Positions 10,172 to 20,612 of a stretch of DNA of 64,000 nt are shown one piece after another; the stretch's first letter is position 1; each line of letters opens with the position of its first letter. Source of the stretch: Spirochaetaceae bacterium (GTDB lineage: Bacteria; Spirochaetota; Spirochaetia; DSM-2461). Position numbers and translations under genes: made by a program. The notes beneath the pieces are model-generated. The model made no database searches and was not told where the DNA came from. It saw only the letters and a list, made by a program, of their open reading frames with translations. The DNA lies in NCBI GenBank assembly GCA_965224705.1, contig OZ245056.1, positions 2,016,001 through 2,080,000 on the forward strand. The letters run 5' to 3'.

Positions 10172-11649
10172 GACTGCCTCTGGGAGCAAAAATACTGGGG
10201 TCTTACGGGATTATTGTTTTTCTGGCACTCGGTATTACCGTAGGAGCCGGACAAAGATTTACCCAGTCCCAGTATAATGAATTTGCAGCTCAGAGAGACA
10301 GATCCCGTGCCAGGGCCATGGCTCCTTTTCTGGATCAACTCATCCTGGAGGCAGTCAATGCAGAAAAAGATGACCCACAATCGGAGTTTCCCCTGCCCGG
10401 TCCCCATGTGTTTACGCAGGCAATCCAGAACGACGAATTGCTCAGCACTAATCAGAGTGGACATCACAGGCATATGAATCCGCCGCCTCGAAGAAGTCGG
10501 CGCCAGGATGATTTTTTCGACCGAATGCTCATTACCGATGCAGAAGGACGTGTTCTTTACAATACAATGGGCAACCGAATAAAACAATATCCGGACAGAG
10601 ATGATCAACCCGGGGGTGTGGAGATTTACAGTAATCAGGAAGTGGTTGGTTACCTTTACATTGGCCAGATGTTTCCCAGCCCACCCCGATCGGATGAAGA
10701 ATACTTCTTTCAAAATGTCGGTCTGAAAACTCTGACTTTTACCGCCCTCATTTTCCTGATTGTCATCATACTGGGGATAGTCCTGACACGGCACATAGTT
10801 ATCCCGGTGAAATCAATCAATGCGGCTGCCCGGCAGGTCAAGGAAGGGATTCTGAATGTGAGAGTCCCTGATAGGCGACAGGATGAAATGGGCGATCTGG
10901 CCAGAGGGTTCAATGCCATGACAGCTTCTCTGGAAGCCGCAGATCGGCAGCGTAAGCAGCTTATAGCCGATTCGGCCCATGAACTTCGAACGCCGGTCAG
11001 CATCATTCGGACAAGAATTGAAATGATGGAAGAGGGTGTCTATCCCATGGATACGGATGGCCTGACCGCCCTTGCCAGCGAAACCGATCATTTAATCAGA
11101 TTGATTGAGGAGCTTAAAACTCTTGCGACACTGGAATCCCCTGATTTCTCAATGAAATTGGAAAAAGTCAATCTGGCTGAATTGATCAAAGATTCAGTGA
11201 ATTCAAGTCAACCAATCATTGCACAGTCGGGTTTTCAAGTAGAGACTTCTATCAGTGACAGCATTCCAGTCATCAGCGGAAATGCGGAAAAACTCCGCCG
11301 TATGATAAAAAACCTCCTATCCAATGCTCTGTGCTACGCCCAGAAAAAAATAGTCATCAGCGTGAATTCAGGTCCTGCAAACCGGATTGAAATTCTGGTG
11401 GAAGATGATGGACCGGGCATACCGGATGAAATGAAAGAACGTGTTTTCGAACGCTTCTACCGACTGGATTCCTCACGGAGCAGAGATTCCGGGGGAAGCG
11501 GCCTTGGTCTGGCTATCTGCCGTGAAATAATCAAAGCTCACAGTGGTGAAATCAGTGTCCATACATCAGAGAATCTGGGAGGTGCTGCCTTCCTGGTAGT
11601 AATTCCCAATCAGAGTGAATCTCCGACCGCATCAAATAAGCGTGCCTGA
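10168..11649 (+). CDS. HAMP-domain sensor histidine kinase (BaeS/CpxA-like)
   Basis: Two TMs, HAMP (DEMGDLARGFNAM), H-box AHELRTP, N box NLLSNA, G boxes DDGPGI and GSGLGLAI. Confidence 0.95.
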   Translation: MRLPLGAKILGSYGIIVFLALGITVGAGQRFTQSQYNEFAAQRDRSRARAMAPFLDQLILEAVNAEKDDPQSEFPLPGPHVFTQAIQNDELLSTNQSGHHRHMNPPPRRSRRQDDFFDRMLITDAEGRVLYNTMGNRIKQYPDRDDQPGGVEIYSNQEVVGYLYIGQMFPSPPRSDEEYFFQNVGLKTLTFTALIFLIVIILGIVLTRHIVIPVKSINAAARQVKEGILNVRVPDRRQDEMGDLARGFNAMTASLEAADRQRKQLIADSAHELRTPVSIIRTRIEMMEEGVYPMDTDGLTALASETDHLIRLIEELKTLATLESPDFSMKLEKVNLAELIKDSVNSSQPIIAQSGFQVETSISDSIPVISGNAEKLRRMIKNLLSNALCYAQKKIVISVNSGPANRIEILVEDDGPGIPDEMKERVFERFYRLDSSRSRDSGGSGLGLAICREIIKAHSGEISVHTSENLGGAAFLVVIPNQSESPTASNKRA

Positions 11650-12155
11650 ACAAATAAATAATCTGAGAGACGATTCAAATACCTCTGACCATCATTCAAA
11701 TCGTTCATAATTCTTTCCCGTATCAAAGTAACCAGATTCCGCTCAACTCGACGGCACACAGCTCTTGCAAAATCTATTCTGGCACTGGTTTCATTCCTGC
11801 CGTATGTGATAAAGTAATCAGGCATGTCAATCTTATCCATAATATCCCTTTGCCAGATCTCAATCTGCTCTATATCAGAATGACAGATGCGAGGTATTGT
11901 ATCATATGCAGAATGGGAAGGCGGTACGGCCAGCATACCTCCCAGCCGGAGAAGGCATTGCTCTATCCAGTTTACGTTATCCCTGTCCCGAACATCGTCC
12001 AGGGATGCTTTAACCATGCCCAGGGCCGCATGCAGTTCATCTATTTCTCCAATTACCTTAATCAGCAGGTCGTCTTTGGCACGGCGAGATCCATCAGCAA
12101 TGCTGGTTTGTCCCGAATCGCCGCCGCGTGTTGTAATACTATTAAATTCTATCAT
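11610..12155 (-). CDS. ATP:cob(I)alamin adenosyltransferase, PduO type
   Basis: ITTRGGDSGQT, GEIDEL, ARAVCRRVER, YLNRLSDYLF. Confidence 0.92.
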   Translation of the reverse strand: MIEFNSITTRGGDSGQTSIADGSRRAKDDLLIKVIGEIDELHAALGMVKASLDDVRDRDNVNWIEQCLLRLGGMLAVPPSHSAYDTIPRICHSDIEQIEIWQRDIMDKIDMPDYFITYGRNETSARIDFARAVCRRVERNLVTLIRERIMNDLNDGQRYLNRLSDYLFVQARLFDAVGDSL

Positions 12156-12220
12156 ATCAATTAGTATAATCATTTTCCATGGAATTGATTATGGTGCCGT
12201 GTGCTTTAAGAGAGGAATCA

Positions 12221-14389
12221 ATGAGTAAGCCGCAGGATAACAGGAATAGTAATGAAAACAAAGATTGGCGGGATTTGTTGAAAAAGTCCGGAGAGAGCGG
12301 GGAAAACAGCCGCTGGAACCCATTTCGCAAAGGGAAAACAAAATTCCCAATGTGGTATATCTTCCCTGCAATCCTGTTGATCGGCCTTTTTAACATGTTT
12401 TTGTTTCGCGGCGAGGGAAATTCCATTCCCTACAGTGCATTCAAACAGCTCATCTCTACAGGTGTTATTAAAGAAGTCCATTTCACAAAATCAACCCTCA
12501 TCGGGTATTCATCTGTGAATAATGGATCTGAGAATTCAAATGATGTGTATCAATATATTCAAAATATCTTCAATTCCAGTTTGTCTGATGGAAACAGGAG
12601 TTGGAAAACAGAATGGATTACCAGCGATCTCAAATTGCTTCCCCTGATGGAAGAAAACAACGTCGTATTTCTCGCCGTACCGGAACGCAACAACTATCTA
12701 CTCGACATGTTCGTCCGAATACTGATTTTCACTGTTCTGCTGCTTGTTATCTGGAGATACATGATGCGGCGAATGGGTGGAATAGGCGGCTCCAATGTTA
12801 TGAGTTTTGGTCAGAACAATGCCAAAATTGTGGCGGAGAAGGATTTAACCACTCGATTCAAGGATATTGCTGGATGCGATGAAGCCAAGGATGAATTGGT
12901 TGAAATTGTGGAATTCCTGAAAGCTCCCGCGAAGTATACTGATATTGGCGGAAAGATACCCAAAGGAGCCCTTCTTGTAGGTTCTCCGGGAACGGGAAAA
13001 ACTCTTCTGGCCAGAGCAGTGGCCGGTGAGGCCAGTGTTACCTTTTTCCGGATGTCCGGAGCTGATTTCGTTGAAATGTTCGTTGGTGTAGGAGCCGCAA
13101 GGGTTCGGGATCTGTTTAAGCAAGCCAGGGAGAAGGCCCCCTGCATCATTTTCATTGACGAGCTGGATGCCATTGGCAAAAGCCGATCAGGGACCTTGTC
13201 CACCAATGACGAAAGGGAACAAACCCTTAACCAGCTTCTGGTAGAAATGGATGGGTTTGATTCCACCAGCGGAGTGATAATTCTGGCTGCTACCAATCGG
13301 CCGGAAGTCCTTGATCCAGCCCTCCTCAGGCCGGGACGGTTTGACCGGCAGGTTGTGGTGGATAAACCGGATCAGGCAGGCCGGGAAGCCATACTTAAGA
13401 TCCATTCGGCCGGTGTAAAGACGGCTGAGGATTTTGATGTCAGCGAAGTTGCAAAAGCGACTGCAGGGTTATCCGGAGCAGATCTTGCCAACATAGTCAA
13501 TGAGGCAGCCCTGCTTGCCGTCAGATTTGGACGGGACAGGGTAACAAGGGAAGATTTTTTTGAAGCCATTGAGAAAACAGCCATTGGTCTGGAAAAGAGG
13601 AATAAGATACTCAATCCCCATGAACGGGAAGTGACGGCATACCATGAGACCGGACATGCACTGGTCAACGTGTTCACTCCGGATCAGCATCTGGTTAAGA
13701 AAATCACCATTGTCCCCCGGGGTTACGGCGTGATGGGATACATGCTTCCAGTTCCTGAAGAGGAGAGAAATTTCCAGACACGGGAAGAGCTTCTGGGGCG
13801 TATTGATGTCGCTCTGGGGGGCAGGGCCGCAGAAGAGATAATCTATGGAACTGTATCAACAGGGGCTGGGAATGACATTGCCAGGGCCACTGATATTGCA
13901 CGGGCAATGATAACTCGTCTGGGAATGAGTGATAAATTCACCCACGTATCGCTGGATAAGAAGGGCGGTGGTTTCCTTGGTGATACGGACTCTCATTATG
14001 GCCAGACAAGAGAATACTCAGAGGATACCCAGAAATATGTAGACCAGGAAATCTCCAGAATTATGTCGGAACGCTATGTTCGGGTAATGGGTCTGCTGCT
14101 GAAACATAGGAATCTTCTGGATATCATAACACACCTCCTTCTGGATAAGGAAACCATCGAAAGGGAAGAATTGATGTCTCTTATCAAAGCAGATGAAAAA
14201 GCTGAGGCTGAATATGCTGCCCGTAAGGATGCAGATCTCAAACCCTCCGAAAGAGCCCGGACTTCCGGTGAAGCAAGGAACCAGGCCATCAAACAGCGTA
14301 TGGCTGAAAAGCGTGAGGCCGAAGCCAATGCTCAGGCAAAAAAGGAATCCGATCAGGAAACCCTGAACAATGAGGAGGAACTTTCATGA
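12221..14389 (+). CDS. ftsH: ATP-dependent zinc metalloprotease FtsH
   Basis: Two TMs, Walker A GSPGTGKT, Walker [17 protein letters not shown] zinc motif; GAGGA RBS before ATG 12221. Confidence 0.97.
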   Translation: MSKPQDNRNSNENKDWRDLLKKSGESGENSRWNPFRKGKTKFPMWYIFPAILLIGLFNMFLFRGEGNSIPYSAFKQLISTGVIKEVHFTKSTLIGYSSVNNGSENSNDVYQYIQNIFNSSLSDGNRSWKTEWITSDLKLLPLMEENNVVFLAVPERNNYLLDMFVRILIFTVLLLVIWRYMMRRMGGIGGSNVMSFGQNNAKIVAEKDLTTRFKDIAGCDEAKDELVEIVEFLKAPAKYTDIGGKIPKGALLVGSPGTGKTLLARAVAGEASVTFFRMSGADFVEMFVGVGAARVRDLFKQAREKAPCIIFIDELDAIGKSRSGTLSTNDEREQTLNQLLVEMDGFDSTSGVIILAATNRPEVLDPALLRPGRFDRQVVVDKPDQAGREAILKIHSAGVKTAEDFDVSEVAKATAGLSGADLANIVNEAALLAVRFGRDRVTREDFFEAIEKTAIGLEKRNKILNPHEREVTAYHETGHALVNVFTPDQHLVKKITIVPRGYGVMGYMLPVPEEERNFQTREELLGRIDVALGGRAAEEIIYGTVSTGAGNDIARATDIARAMITRLGMSDKFTHVSLDKKGGGFLGDTDSHYGQTREYSEDTQKYVDQEISRIMSERYVRVMGLLLKHRNLLDIITHLLLDKETIEREELMSLIKADEKAEAEYAARKDADLKPSERARTSGEARNQAIKQRMAEKREAEANAQAKKESDQETLNNEEELS

Positions 14390-15843
14390 ATGTCAGCTGG
14401 TCTTTTCTCATTGATATGAGCATCCTTGGTGCTGGTCTGCTGCTTGCCACCTGGATACGGTCTCGTGTTGTTTTTTTTCAACGGTTTCTGGTTCCGAATG
14501 CTCTAACCGCAGGATTTATACTTTTCCCACTGTATAGCTGGGTTTTTCCCCACTTTGGTCTGGATACCATGAATCTGAAGAACATCATCTATCACTTCCT
14601 CAATCTGTCGTTTATTGCCATGGCTCTGAGAGTGAGCAAAGTGAAACGCCGATCCAGCCGGGATGTTTTTGCAACAAGCACAATGGTTCTGGGACAATAC
14701 GCCATTCAGAGCTTTTTGGGCACCATACTCACACTCATCATGATATTCACTTTTTTCCCCGGCCTTTTCCCTGGATTCGGTCTTTTTGCTACTCTGGGCT
14801 TTTCCCTGGGTTCCGGTCAGGCTTTTGCTATTGGTTCAGCCTGGGAGGCCATGGGTTTTGAGGGATTGGGCAGTATTGGACTGACTTTTGGAGCATTGGG
14901 ACTGATCTGGGCCTGTTTCGGCGGTATCTTCCTTGTCAACTATGGTACCCGCAAGGGGTGGATTTCCCGAAAAGAACAGGAACGCATCAATTCCGGCAAT
15001 GTTAGAGCCGGAGTTCTTCGCCGCGGTGAATCTGGTGATTTCTCATCTGTGGAGAATGTCATCAATCCCGAAGCCATTGATCCGATGAGCTTTACAGCGG
15101 CCCTTGTACTCATTACCTACCTGCTGTCATATCTGATTCTGAAATGCATCAGCTTCCTGCTTGAATTACTTGGCAGCGGCGGAGCTAAACTGGCCACAAA
15201 TCTATGGGGAGTCATGTTTATTTTTTGCGGTCTCACCGCCATTGTTGTAAAATCCCTGATCAAAAAAATTCGTATTGAACACATCATCGACAATCGAAGT
15301 CTGACCAGAATCAGCGGCTTCAGTGTGGATTACATGGTTGCTTCTGCCATAGCGGCTATCAGTGCTGCCGTTATCGCCCATTACTGGATTCCCATTACCG
15401 TCATCTCAACGCTGGTGGGGCTGGCCACTACTTTCAGCCATATCTGGCTCTCCAGCCGGGTGTTTCAAGACCATGTATTCTACCGAGCAGTTTTGATCTA
15501 TGGTGCTGCCACAGGAACCCTCCCAACAGGATTGGCCCTGCTGCGTATTATTGATCCCAACCTGGAATCTCCAGCCAGCCGGGATTTCATGCTGTCTGCA
15601 GGCCTGACCTTTCTGGCCGCCATACCCATATTGCTGACCGCCAATCTGCCGGCCATGGGGGCCCTGGATGGTTCTCTTATACCAACGTATCAGGTATTGG
15701 GACTCTACTTCCTGTATATAATTCTCTGCGCTGCAGCCTACCTGTTTCTCTCGGGAAAACGGCGGTTCAAGAATTACTCAGCAATCTGGTTCAAACGGGA
15801 TTCTCAGGACTCCCGTCTCCCGATAAGAACAACCATGGAATAG
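14386..15843 (+). CDS. Sodium/glutamate symporter (GltS/ESS family)
   Basis: About 12 TMs; FQRFLVPNALTAG, GFSLGSGQA, YGAATGTLPTGLALLRIIDP. Confidence 0.8.
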   Translation: MNVSWSFLIDMSILGAGLLLATWIRSRVVFFQRFLVPNALTAGFILFPLYSWVFPHFGLDTMNLKNIIYHFLNLSFIAMALRVSKVKRRSSRDVFATSTMVLGQYAIQSFLGTILTLIMIFTFFPGLFPGFGLFATLGFSLGSGQAFAIGSAWEAMGFEGLGSIGLTFGALGLIWACFGGIFLVNYGTRKGWISRKEQERINSGNVRAGVLRRGESGDFSSVENVINPEAIDPMSFTAALVLITYLLSYLILKCISFLLELLGSGGAKLATNLWGVMFIFCGLTAIVVKSLIKKIRIEHIIDNRSLTRISGFSVDYMVASAIAAISAAVIAHYWIPITVISTLVGLATTFSHIWLSSRVFQDHVFYRAVLIYGAATGTLPTGLALLRIIDPNLESPASRDFMLSAGLTFLAAIPILLTANLPAMGALDGSLIPTYQVLGLYFLYIILCAAAYLFLSGKRRFKNYSAIWFKRDSQDSRLPIRTTME

Positions 15844-17927
15844 CAGTCCGTCCTATAATCCTCACCACTGACAATCTGTACTTCTTCGCCCGCTTCCGCA
15901 ATGTCCTGAGGCGGATCCAATGACGTATCCACAAAACGATACCAGCCGCAGCCTTCAGGGGGTTCGGGCAGGTGGAAATGAACACTGTTTACCGTTGAAT
16001 TGAAGTAGATGACAATGTCCTCTTCACCATGAGTTCCATAAATTCGCAGAGCAAGAATATTCTTCTGCCTGCTCCAATCCACTGAATTTCCATGCTCATC
16101 AAACCAGTCAATATCGGGTTTCTCGCCGTCAGGCTGATTGCTGCCGGTAAAAAACTCCCGGTGCTGCAGGGTAGAGCGGTTTCTTCTGAAATTGATGATG
16201 AGCCGGGCAAAACGGTAGGTATCGGCATGAGCTTCCAGACAGGAGAAATCATACCATGAGAGTTCTGAATTATGGCAGTAGGCATTATTGTTCCCCTGCT
16301 GGGTCCGCTGAAATTCATCTCCAGCCAGTATCATTGGCGTTCCGCGGGATAGAAGCAGGGTTGCCCAGAAATTTTTAATGATGCGGGTGCGCAGGACAAG
16401 GATGGATTCATCACTGGTCTCACCTTCAATTCCCCAGTTGCAGCTGAGATTATTATCAGAACCATCCCTGTTCTCCTCTCCATTTGCCTCATTATGCTTC
16501 TGGCTGTAACTGACAAGATCATGGAGGGTAAATCCATCATGTGAAGTGATGTAATTTATACTGTGATATGGTTTTTTTCCGCTGCTGGCATAGAGATCGG
16601 AACTGCCGCTGATTCTGGTAGCGAAGGCATTAATCATACCGGGATCACCCCGCCAGAATTTCTTTACATCGTCCCTGTACCTGTCATTCCACTCAGCCCA
16701 GGGGTCACCATAGAAATTCCCAACCTGCCAGGCACCACCGGCATCCCAGGGCTCTGCTATAATTTTTGTGTTGCGCAGAACAACATCTTCGGCAATGCTC
16801 TCCAGAATGGGAGGATTGTCCATTATTCTGCCTTCACCATCCCGGGCAAGAATTGAAGCCAGATCAAAACGAAAGCCATCCACATGCATTTCCTGAACCC
16901 AGTACCGGAGGCAGTCGATAATCAGTTTCCTCACAACCGGATGGTTGCAGTTTAATGTATTGCCGCAGCCGGAATAGTTCCTGTAGAAGCGTTTGTTTTC
17001 CTCCAGCATGTAGTAAATTGAGTTATCCAACCCCCGGAAGGAATAAGTTGGTCCTGTATGATTTCCCTCCCCTGTATGATTGAACACGACATCCAGTATG
17101 ATCTCAATACCAGCCCTGTGCAGTTCCCTCACCATCGTTTTAAACTCAATCACCTGATCCATACCCCTGCTGGAAACGGCATAGTTTCCTTTAGGGGCAA
17201 AGAACGCTGTTGTAGAATAACCCCAGTAATTTGTAATCGACTTATTGCCGTTTTCATGTTCATCAAATTCCGCTACAGGTAGAAATTCAATGCTGGTGAT
17301 TCCCAGTTCTCTGAGATAGGGAATCATCTCAATCACACCGGCACAGGTTCCTGGATTCTTCAAACCAAAATATTTTGCTGTATTGGGATGCCTGGTCAAT
17401 CCTCTCAAATGAGTTTCATAGATGATTGTTTCATGGAGGGGGTAATTGAGCGGCTGATCGCCCTGCCAATCGAAGTAATCATCCACAACAACAGATTTAG
17501 GCATACAGATGTGATTCCGGCTCGTTGAAAAGGAAAGATCTCCATCCGGATGATTGGGGTCGTACCCAAAGGCCTTCCTCAAATTCCAGGGAGTATTTCC
17601 CGTGAGAGCCTTGCTGTAGGGATCGATAAGAACCCGATTTCTGTTAAAGCGATGCCCCTTTTCAGGCCTGTATGAGCCATCTACCCGATACAGATACAAC
17701 TGACCCTTTTTTAAGCCTTTGACAAAGATGTGCCAACAATCCCCGGTCTTGTTGATCTTTGGGTCCAGGAGTATACACTCATAGGGCTCATCGTCATCGG
17801 GCTTTCGATACAGCAGGAGATGAACAGAGGTTGCATATCGAGAAATCAGAGAAAACTGTACGCCATTTGATGTAAGGGTTGCCCCTGCAGGCAGGGGGTG
17901 TCCGGGGTTGATTCGTTTGTTTTTCAT
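15804..17927 (-). CDS. glgX: Glycogen debranching enzyme (isoamylase, GH13)
   Basis: NYWGYST, LDVVFNHT, VDGFRFDLA, IAEPWD, ITSHDGFTL. Confidence 0.96.
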   Translation of the reverse strand: MKNKRINPGHPLPAGATLTSNGVQFSLISRYATSVHLLLYRKPDDDEPYECILLDPKINKTGDCWHIFVKGLKKGQLYLYRVDGSYRPEKGHRFNRNRVLIDPYSKALTGNTPWNLRKAFGYDPNHPDGDLSFSTSRNHICMPKSVVVDDYFDWQGDQPLNYPLHETIIYETHLRGLTRHPNTAKYFGLKNPGTCAGVIEMIPYLRELGITSIEFLPVAEFDEHENGNKSITNYWGYSTTAFFAPKGNYAVSSRGMDQVIEFKTMVRELHRAGIEIILDVVFNHTGEGNHTGPTYSFRGLDNSIYYMLEENKRFYRNYSGCGNTLNCNHPVVRKLIIDCLRYWVQEMHVDGFRFDLASILARDGEGRIMDNPPILESIAEDVVLRNTKIIAEPWDAGGAWQVGNFYGDPWAEWNDRYRDDVKKFWRGDPGMINAFATRISGSSDLYASSGKKPYHSINYITSHDGFTLHDLVSYSQKHNEANGEENRDGSDNNLSCNWGIEGETSDESILVLRTRIIKNFWATLLLSRGTPMILAGDEFQRTQQGNNNAYCHNSELSWYDFSCLEAHADTYRFARLIINFRRNRSTLQHREFFTGSNQPDGEKPDIDWFDEHGNSVDWSRQKNILALRIYGTHGEEDIVIYFNSTVNSVHFHLPEPPEGCGWYRFVDTSLDPPQDIAEAGEEVQIVSGEDYRTDCYSMVVLIGRRES

Positions 17928-17987
17928 AGCTGTAGTAGAAGGATTCCCACCATACTATGTATCCAACCTGAGTGGCAATCCTTACCC

Positions 17988-18104
17988 AGTGTCAGAAAGC
18001 CTGTAAAACCCCCTTCAACCCATCCCGGGAGTCCAATCTCATCCTAAACCTTCACATACAACGGATTATAACGACCAGATTCCAATCCCGGATTACGCCA
18101 CTCA
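17988..18104 (-). mobile_element. Truncated right end of the IS1-like element at 54672-55924
   Basis: AGTGTCAGAAAGCCTGTAAAACCCCC... matches 54672-54786 over ~115 bp with few mismatches. Confidence 0.9.
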
Positions 18105-18248
18105 ACACTCAGTATCGGTAACAACATTCCAGGTTCATAGCATCATCTGCCTCATGAACGTTTCGGATAAAGCTCAGACGTGACAGGTTCTCCAGGCAGA
18201 ACTGTGTGAACATTTCAGTTTCTCGAACAATGTAGAAACTGAGTTCTG

Positions 18249-19259
18249 TCAATTCTTATTGTAGAGATAGTAGAAGAAGTCCATATCAGTGCCCAGTACC
18301 TTCCTCTGATTCGGGAGAACCTTCTGGTACGTTTCCAGGGCTTTCCAAAAGCTATAAAACTCGGCATCAGCATTGTAGGCATCGGCATAGATTCGGGCAG
18401 CTTCGGAATCCCCTTCGGCCCGTATCAGGGCAGCCGTTGTTTCCGCTTCGGTCAGCTTTATATCCCTGTCTCTGTTGAGCTTACCGACCCATTCGGCTTT
18501 CAGGCCATTTCCATCGGATCGGTAGCCGGTTGCCACTTTTTTACGCTCAGAGATCATCCTGTCATACACCGACTGAGTAAGATCGTTGGAGTAGCGGATT
18601 TGTCGGATCACAACATCCAGGAGTTCTATACCATACTCCGGCATGGAACCCTGGGAACGGGTTAGCATCTCGCCTGACAATGCTTCCCGGCCATGTTCAA
18701 TGGGAGTGAAGGCATTTTCAAGTATGTTGACCGATGTGCCAGTTTGATTATCACCCTGATTCTCGGATTCTGCTGCATCGGCTTCGGCCTGGGCATCCGT
18801 TTGAAAATCCAGAATCACATTGGCTGACTCAAGGATTATATTGGTAGACCTCACTGATTCTGTAAGAGGGTATTGGGAGACGACAGTACGGACAGCCGAT
18901 TCAATTACATTATCCAGACGGGCATAAGCTTCACCCATCACATTGACTCTCTGATAGAATACTCTGGGATCAACAATACGCCATCGGGCCGTGGTATCCA
19001 CCCAGATGTACTGATTCTCACTGGTGGGCATACGCTGGGGATCGCCGTCCCAGGACAGGATTTTTCTGGAATACCTTGTTACTTGATCCACAATGGGTAC
19101 TTTGAATTTCAATCCGGATTCGGTATGGACCTTGACGATACGACCGAATCTGGTAACAACGGCCTGCTCACCTTCAGGTACAGTGTAAAAAGGCCGTAGA
19201 ACCGCAACCAGGACAGCAATAATGATAACGGGTAAAAGGGTCTTTATGAGAGTATTCAT
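18249..19259 (-). CDS. hflC: FtsH modulator HflC
   Basis: SPFH domain; AVVTRFG, VYDRMISER, AYNADAEFYSFWKALETY. Confidence 0.93.
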   Translation of the reverse strand: MNTLIKTLLPVIIIAVLVAVLRPFYTVPEGEQAVVTRFGRIVKVHTESGLKFKVPIVDQVTRYSRKILSWDGDPQRMPTSENQYIWVDTTARWRIVDPRVFYQRVNVMGEAYARLDNVIESAVRTVVSQYPLTESVRSTNIILESANVILDFQTDAQAEADAAESENQGDNQTGTSVNILENAFTPIEHGREALSGEMLTRSQGSMPEYGIELLDVVIRQIRYSNDLTQSVYDRMISERKKVATGYRSDGNGLKAEWVGKLNRDRDIKLTEAETTAALIRAEGDSEAARIYADAYNADAEFYSFWKALETYQKVLPNQRKVLGTDMDFFYYLYNKN

Positions 19260-20269
19260 TATTCTTCACCTCCATTACCAATGTTCTTCAGTGGAAGAAA
19301 ATTTTCAAGATTTTTGTCAATAAGATCTGTGTTCTGGTTGTCAGCCAGGATTTTCGACAATGTTTCATAGTAAAGACGTTCCCGGGTTACTTCGGGTGAA
19401 CGCTGGTACTCCTGCAGGATAGCTTCAAATAATGCAACTTCCGCTCTGGCACGATTGACTCGGGCCTCCTTGTAACCTACCGCTTCGGCTATTAGCTGCT
19501 TGGCTTCGCCTTCGATTCGGGGGATTTCGGTGTAGTAAGCCTGTTCCCCTTCGTTGATAAGGCGTTCCCTGTCCTGGGTGGCCTTGTTTACATCTTCAAA
19601 GGCATCTTGAACCGCACCCTTGGGAGGTTCTACCTGCTGGAGTTTCACTTCCGTGATGTTCACACCCAGAGCATAGAAATCCAGGGTTTCCTGAATCATC
19701 TGCTTGCTCAGAAACTCAATGTTATCCTTTTCAGTGCTGATGACATCCAGAATAGCACGGTCACCGACCAATCCGTTGATAACGGACTGGGTTACATCCC
19801 GGATAGTTTTATCTCGATTATCCTCTCGAGACTGATTTCCTTGAAGTCTACTGTTATCCACTTCAAACAACCACTCACGGGGAGAAGTGATGCGATATTC
19901 AATAATCCATGTAACATCGACGATGTTTAAATCTCCAGTCAGCATTTCCGATTCATGAGAATAATCACGCGAATCATAGGTAGTCGTGACTCCTGCCTGA
20001 ACTGTTCGGAATCCAAATTGTTTTGATAAAACAACTTGAGGAACCTTGTATATCCTGTCAATACCGAAGGGCAGTTTGACATGCAAGCCATCCTCTACCG
20101 TAGCACGATAACGACCGAAACGGGTAACGACACCTCGTTCTTTGGCATTGACTGTGTATATACTTGATACCCCGACCATAATAAGAATGACCAGAACAGC
20201 AATCCCTGGAATAAACTTCCCGCTGAATTGCCGCCCTGGCGCCTGGGGTGAAATTTTTTGATCTGACAT
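19259..20269 (-). CDS. hflK: FtsH modulator HflK
   Basis: GVVTRFG, MLTGDLNIV, VQDAFEDVNKA, PEVTRERLYYET. Confidence 0.94.
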   Translation of the reverse strand: MSDQKISPQAPGRQFSGKFIPGIAVLVILIMVGVSSIYTVNAKERGVVTRFGRYRATVEDGLHVKLPFGIDRIYKVPQVVLSKQFGFRTVQAGVTTTYDSRDYSHESEMLTGDLNIVDVTWIIEYRITSPREWLFEVDNSRLQGNQSREDNRDKTIRDVTQSVINGLVGDRAILDVISTEKDNIEFLSKQMIQETLDFYALGVNITEVKLQQVEPPKGAVQDAFEDVNKATQDRERLINEGEQAYYTEIPRIEGEAKQLIAEAVGYKEARVNRARAEVALFEAILQEYQRSPEVTRERLYYETLSKILADNQNTDLIDKNLENFLPLKNIGNGGEE

Positions 20270-20352
20270 GGAACCTCCATGTCTGGAAAGTATATCGTAT
20301 GAGGAATAAGGTCAAGATCAAGAAATGGTCCACACAGAATTCAGTAAAAGAC

Positions 20353-20381
20353 TTGACGAAATCTTCCTCAACATCTAGTAT
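20353..20381 (+). promoter_or_regulatory. Putative sigma70 promoter of the cimA-leuA leader
   Basis: TTGACG-N17-TAGTAT. Confidence 0.6.
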
Positions 20382-20412
20382 TGAAATGTACTGATTACCT
20401 GAAAGGAAGGAC

Positions 20413-20520
20413 ATGTTCAAGGTGATGAAGCTATCTTCACTATCTCACTTGATTACCCGCTGCCGATTTTTGACGGGGTATCATTGCGGTAGAATGTATA
20501 TGGCGGCCTGGACAGGTTAG
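20413..20520 (+). CDS. Putative 35-aa leader peptide (MFKVMKLSSLSHLITRCRFLTGYHCGRMYMAAWTG)
   Basis: AAGGAAGG RBS-like sequence; Leu codons CTA, CTA, TTG, TTG plus Ile and Val; lies between the promoter and the terminator. Confidence 0.4.
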   Translation: MFKVMKLSSLSHLITRCRFLTGYHCGRMYMAAWTG

Positions 20521-20558
20521 ACTGTACATCCATAAAATGAATACCTCACCAATTGATC

Positions 20559-20586
20559 GGGCGTCCGTTATATGGTCGCCTTTTTT
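20559..20586 (+). terminator. Intrinsic terminator (attenuator) upstream of cimA
   Basis: GGCGTCC-gttatat-GGTCGCC followed by TTTTTT, ~27 nt before the start codon. Confidence 0.65.
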
Positions 20587-20612
20587 ATTATAATAAGGAG
20601 ATGGAGGGCAAG

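Noticed and set aside
20388..20586. T-box riboswitch
   Set aside because: No GGTGGNACCGCG T-box consensus before the terminator.
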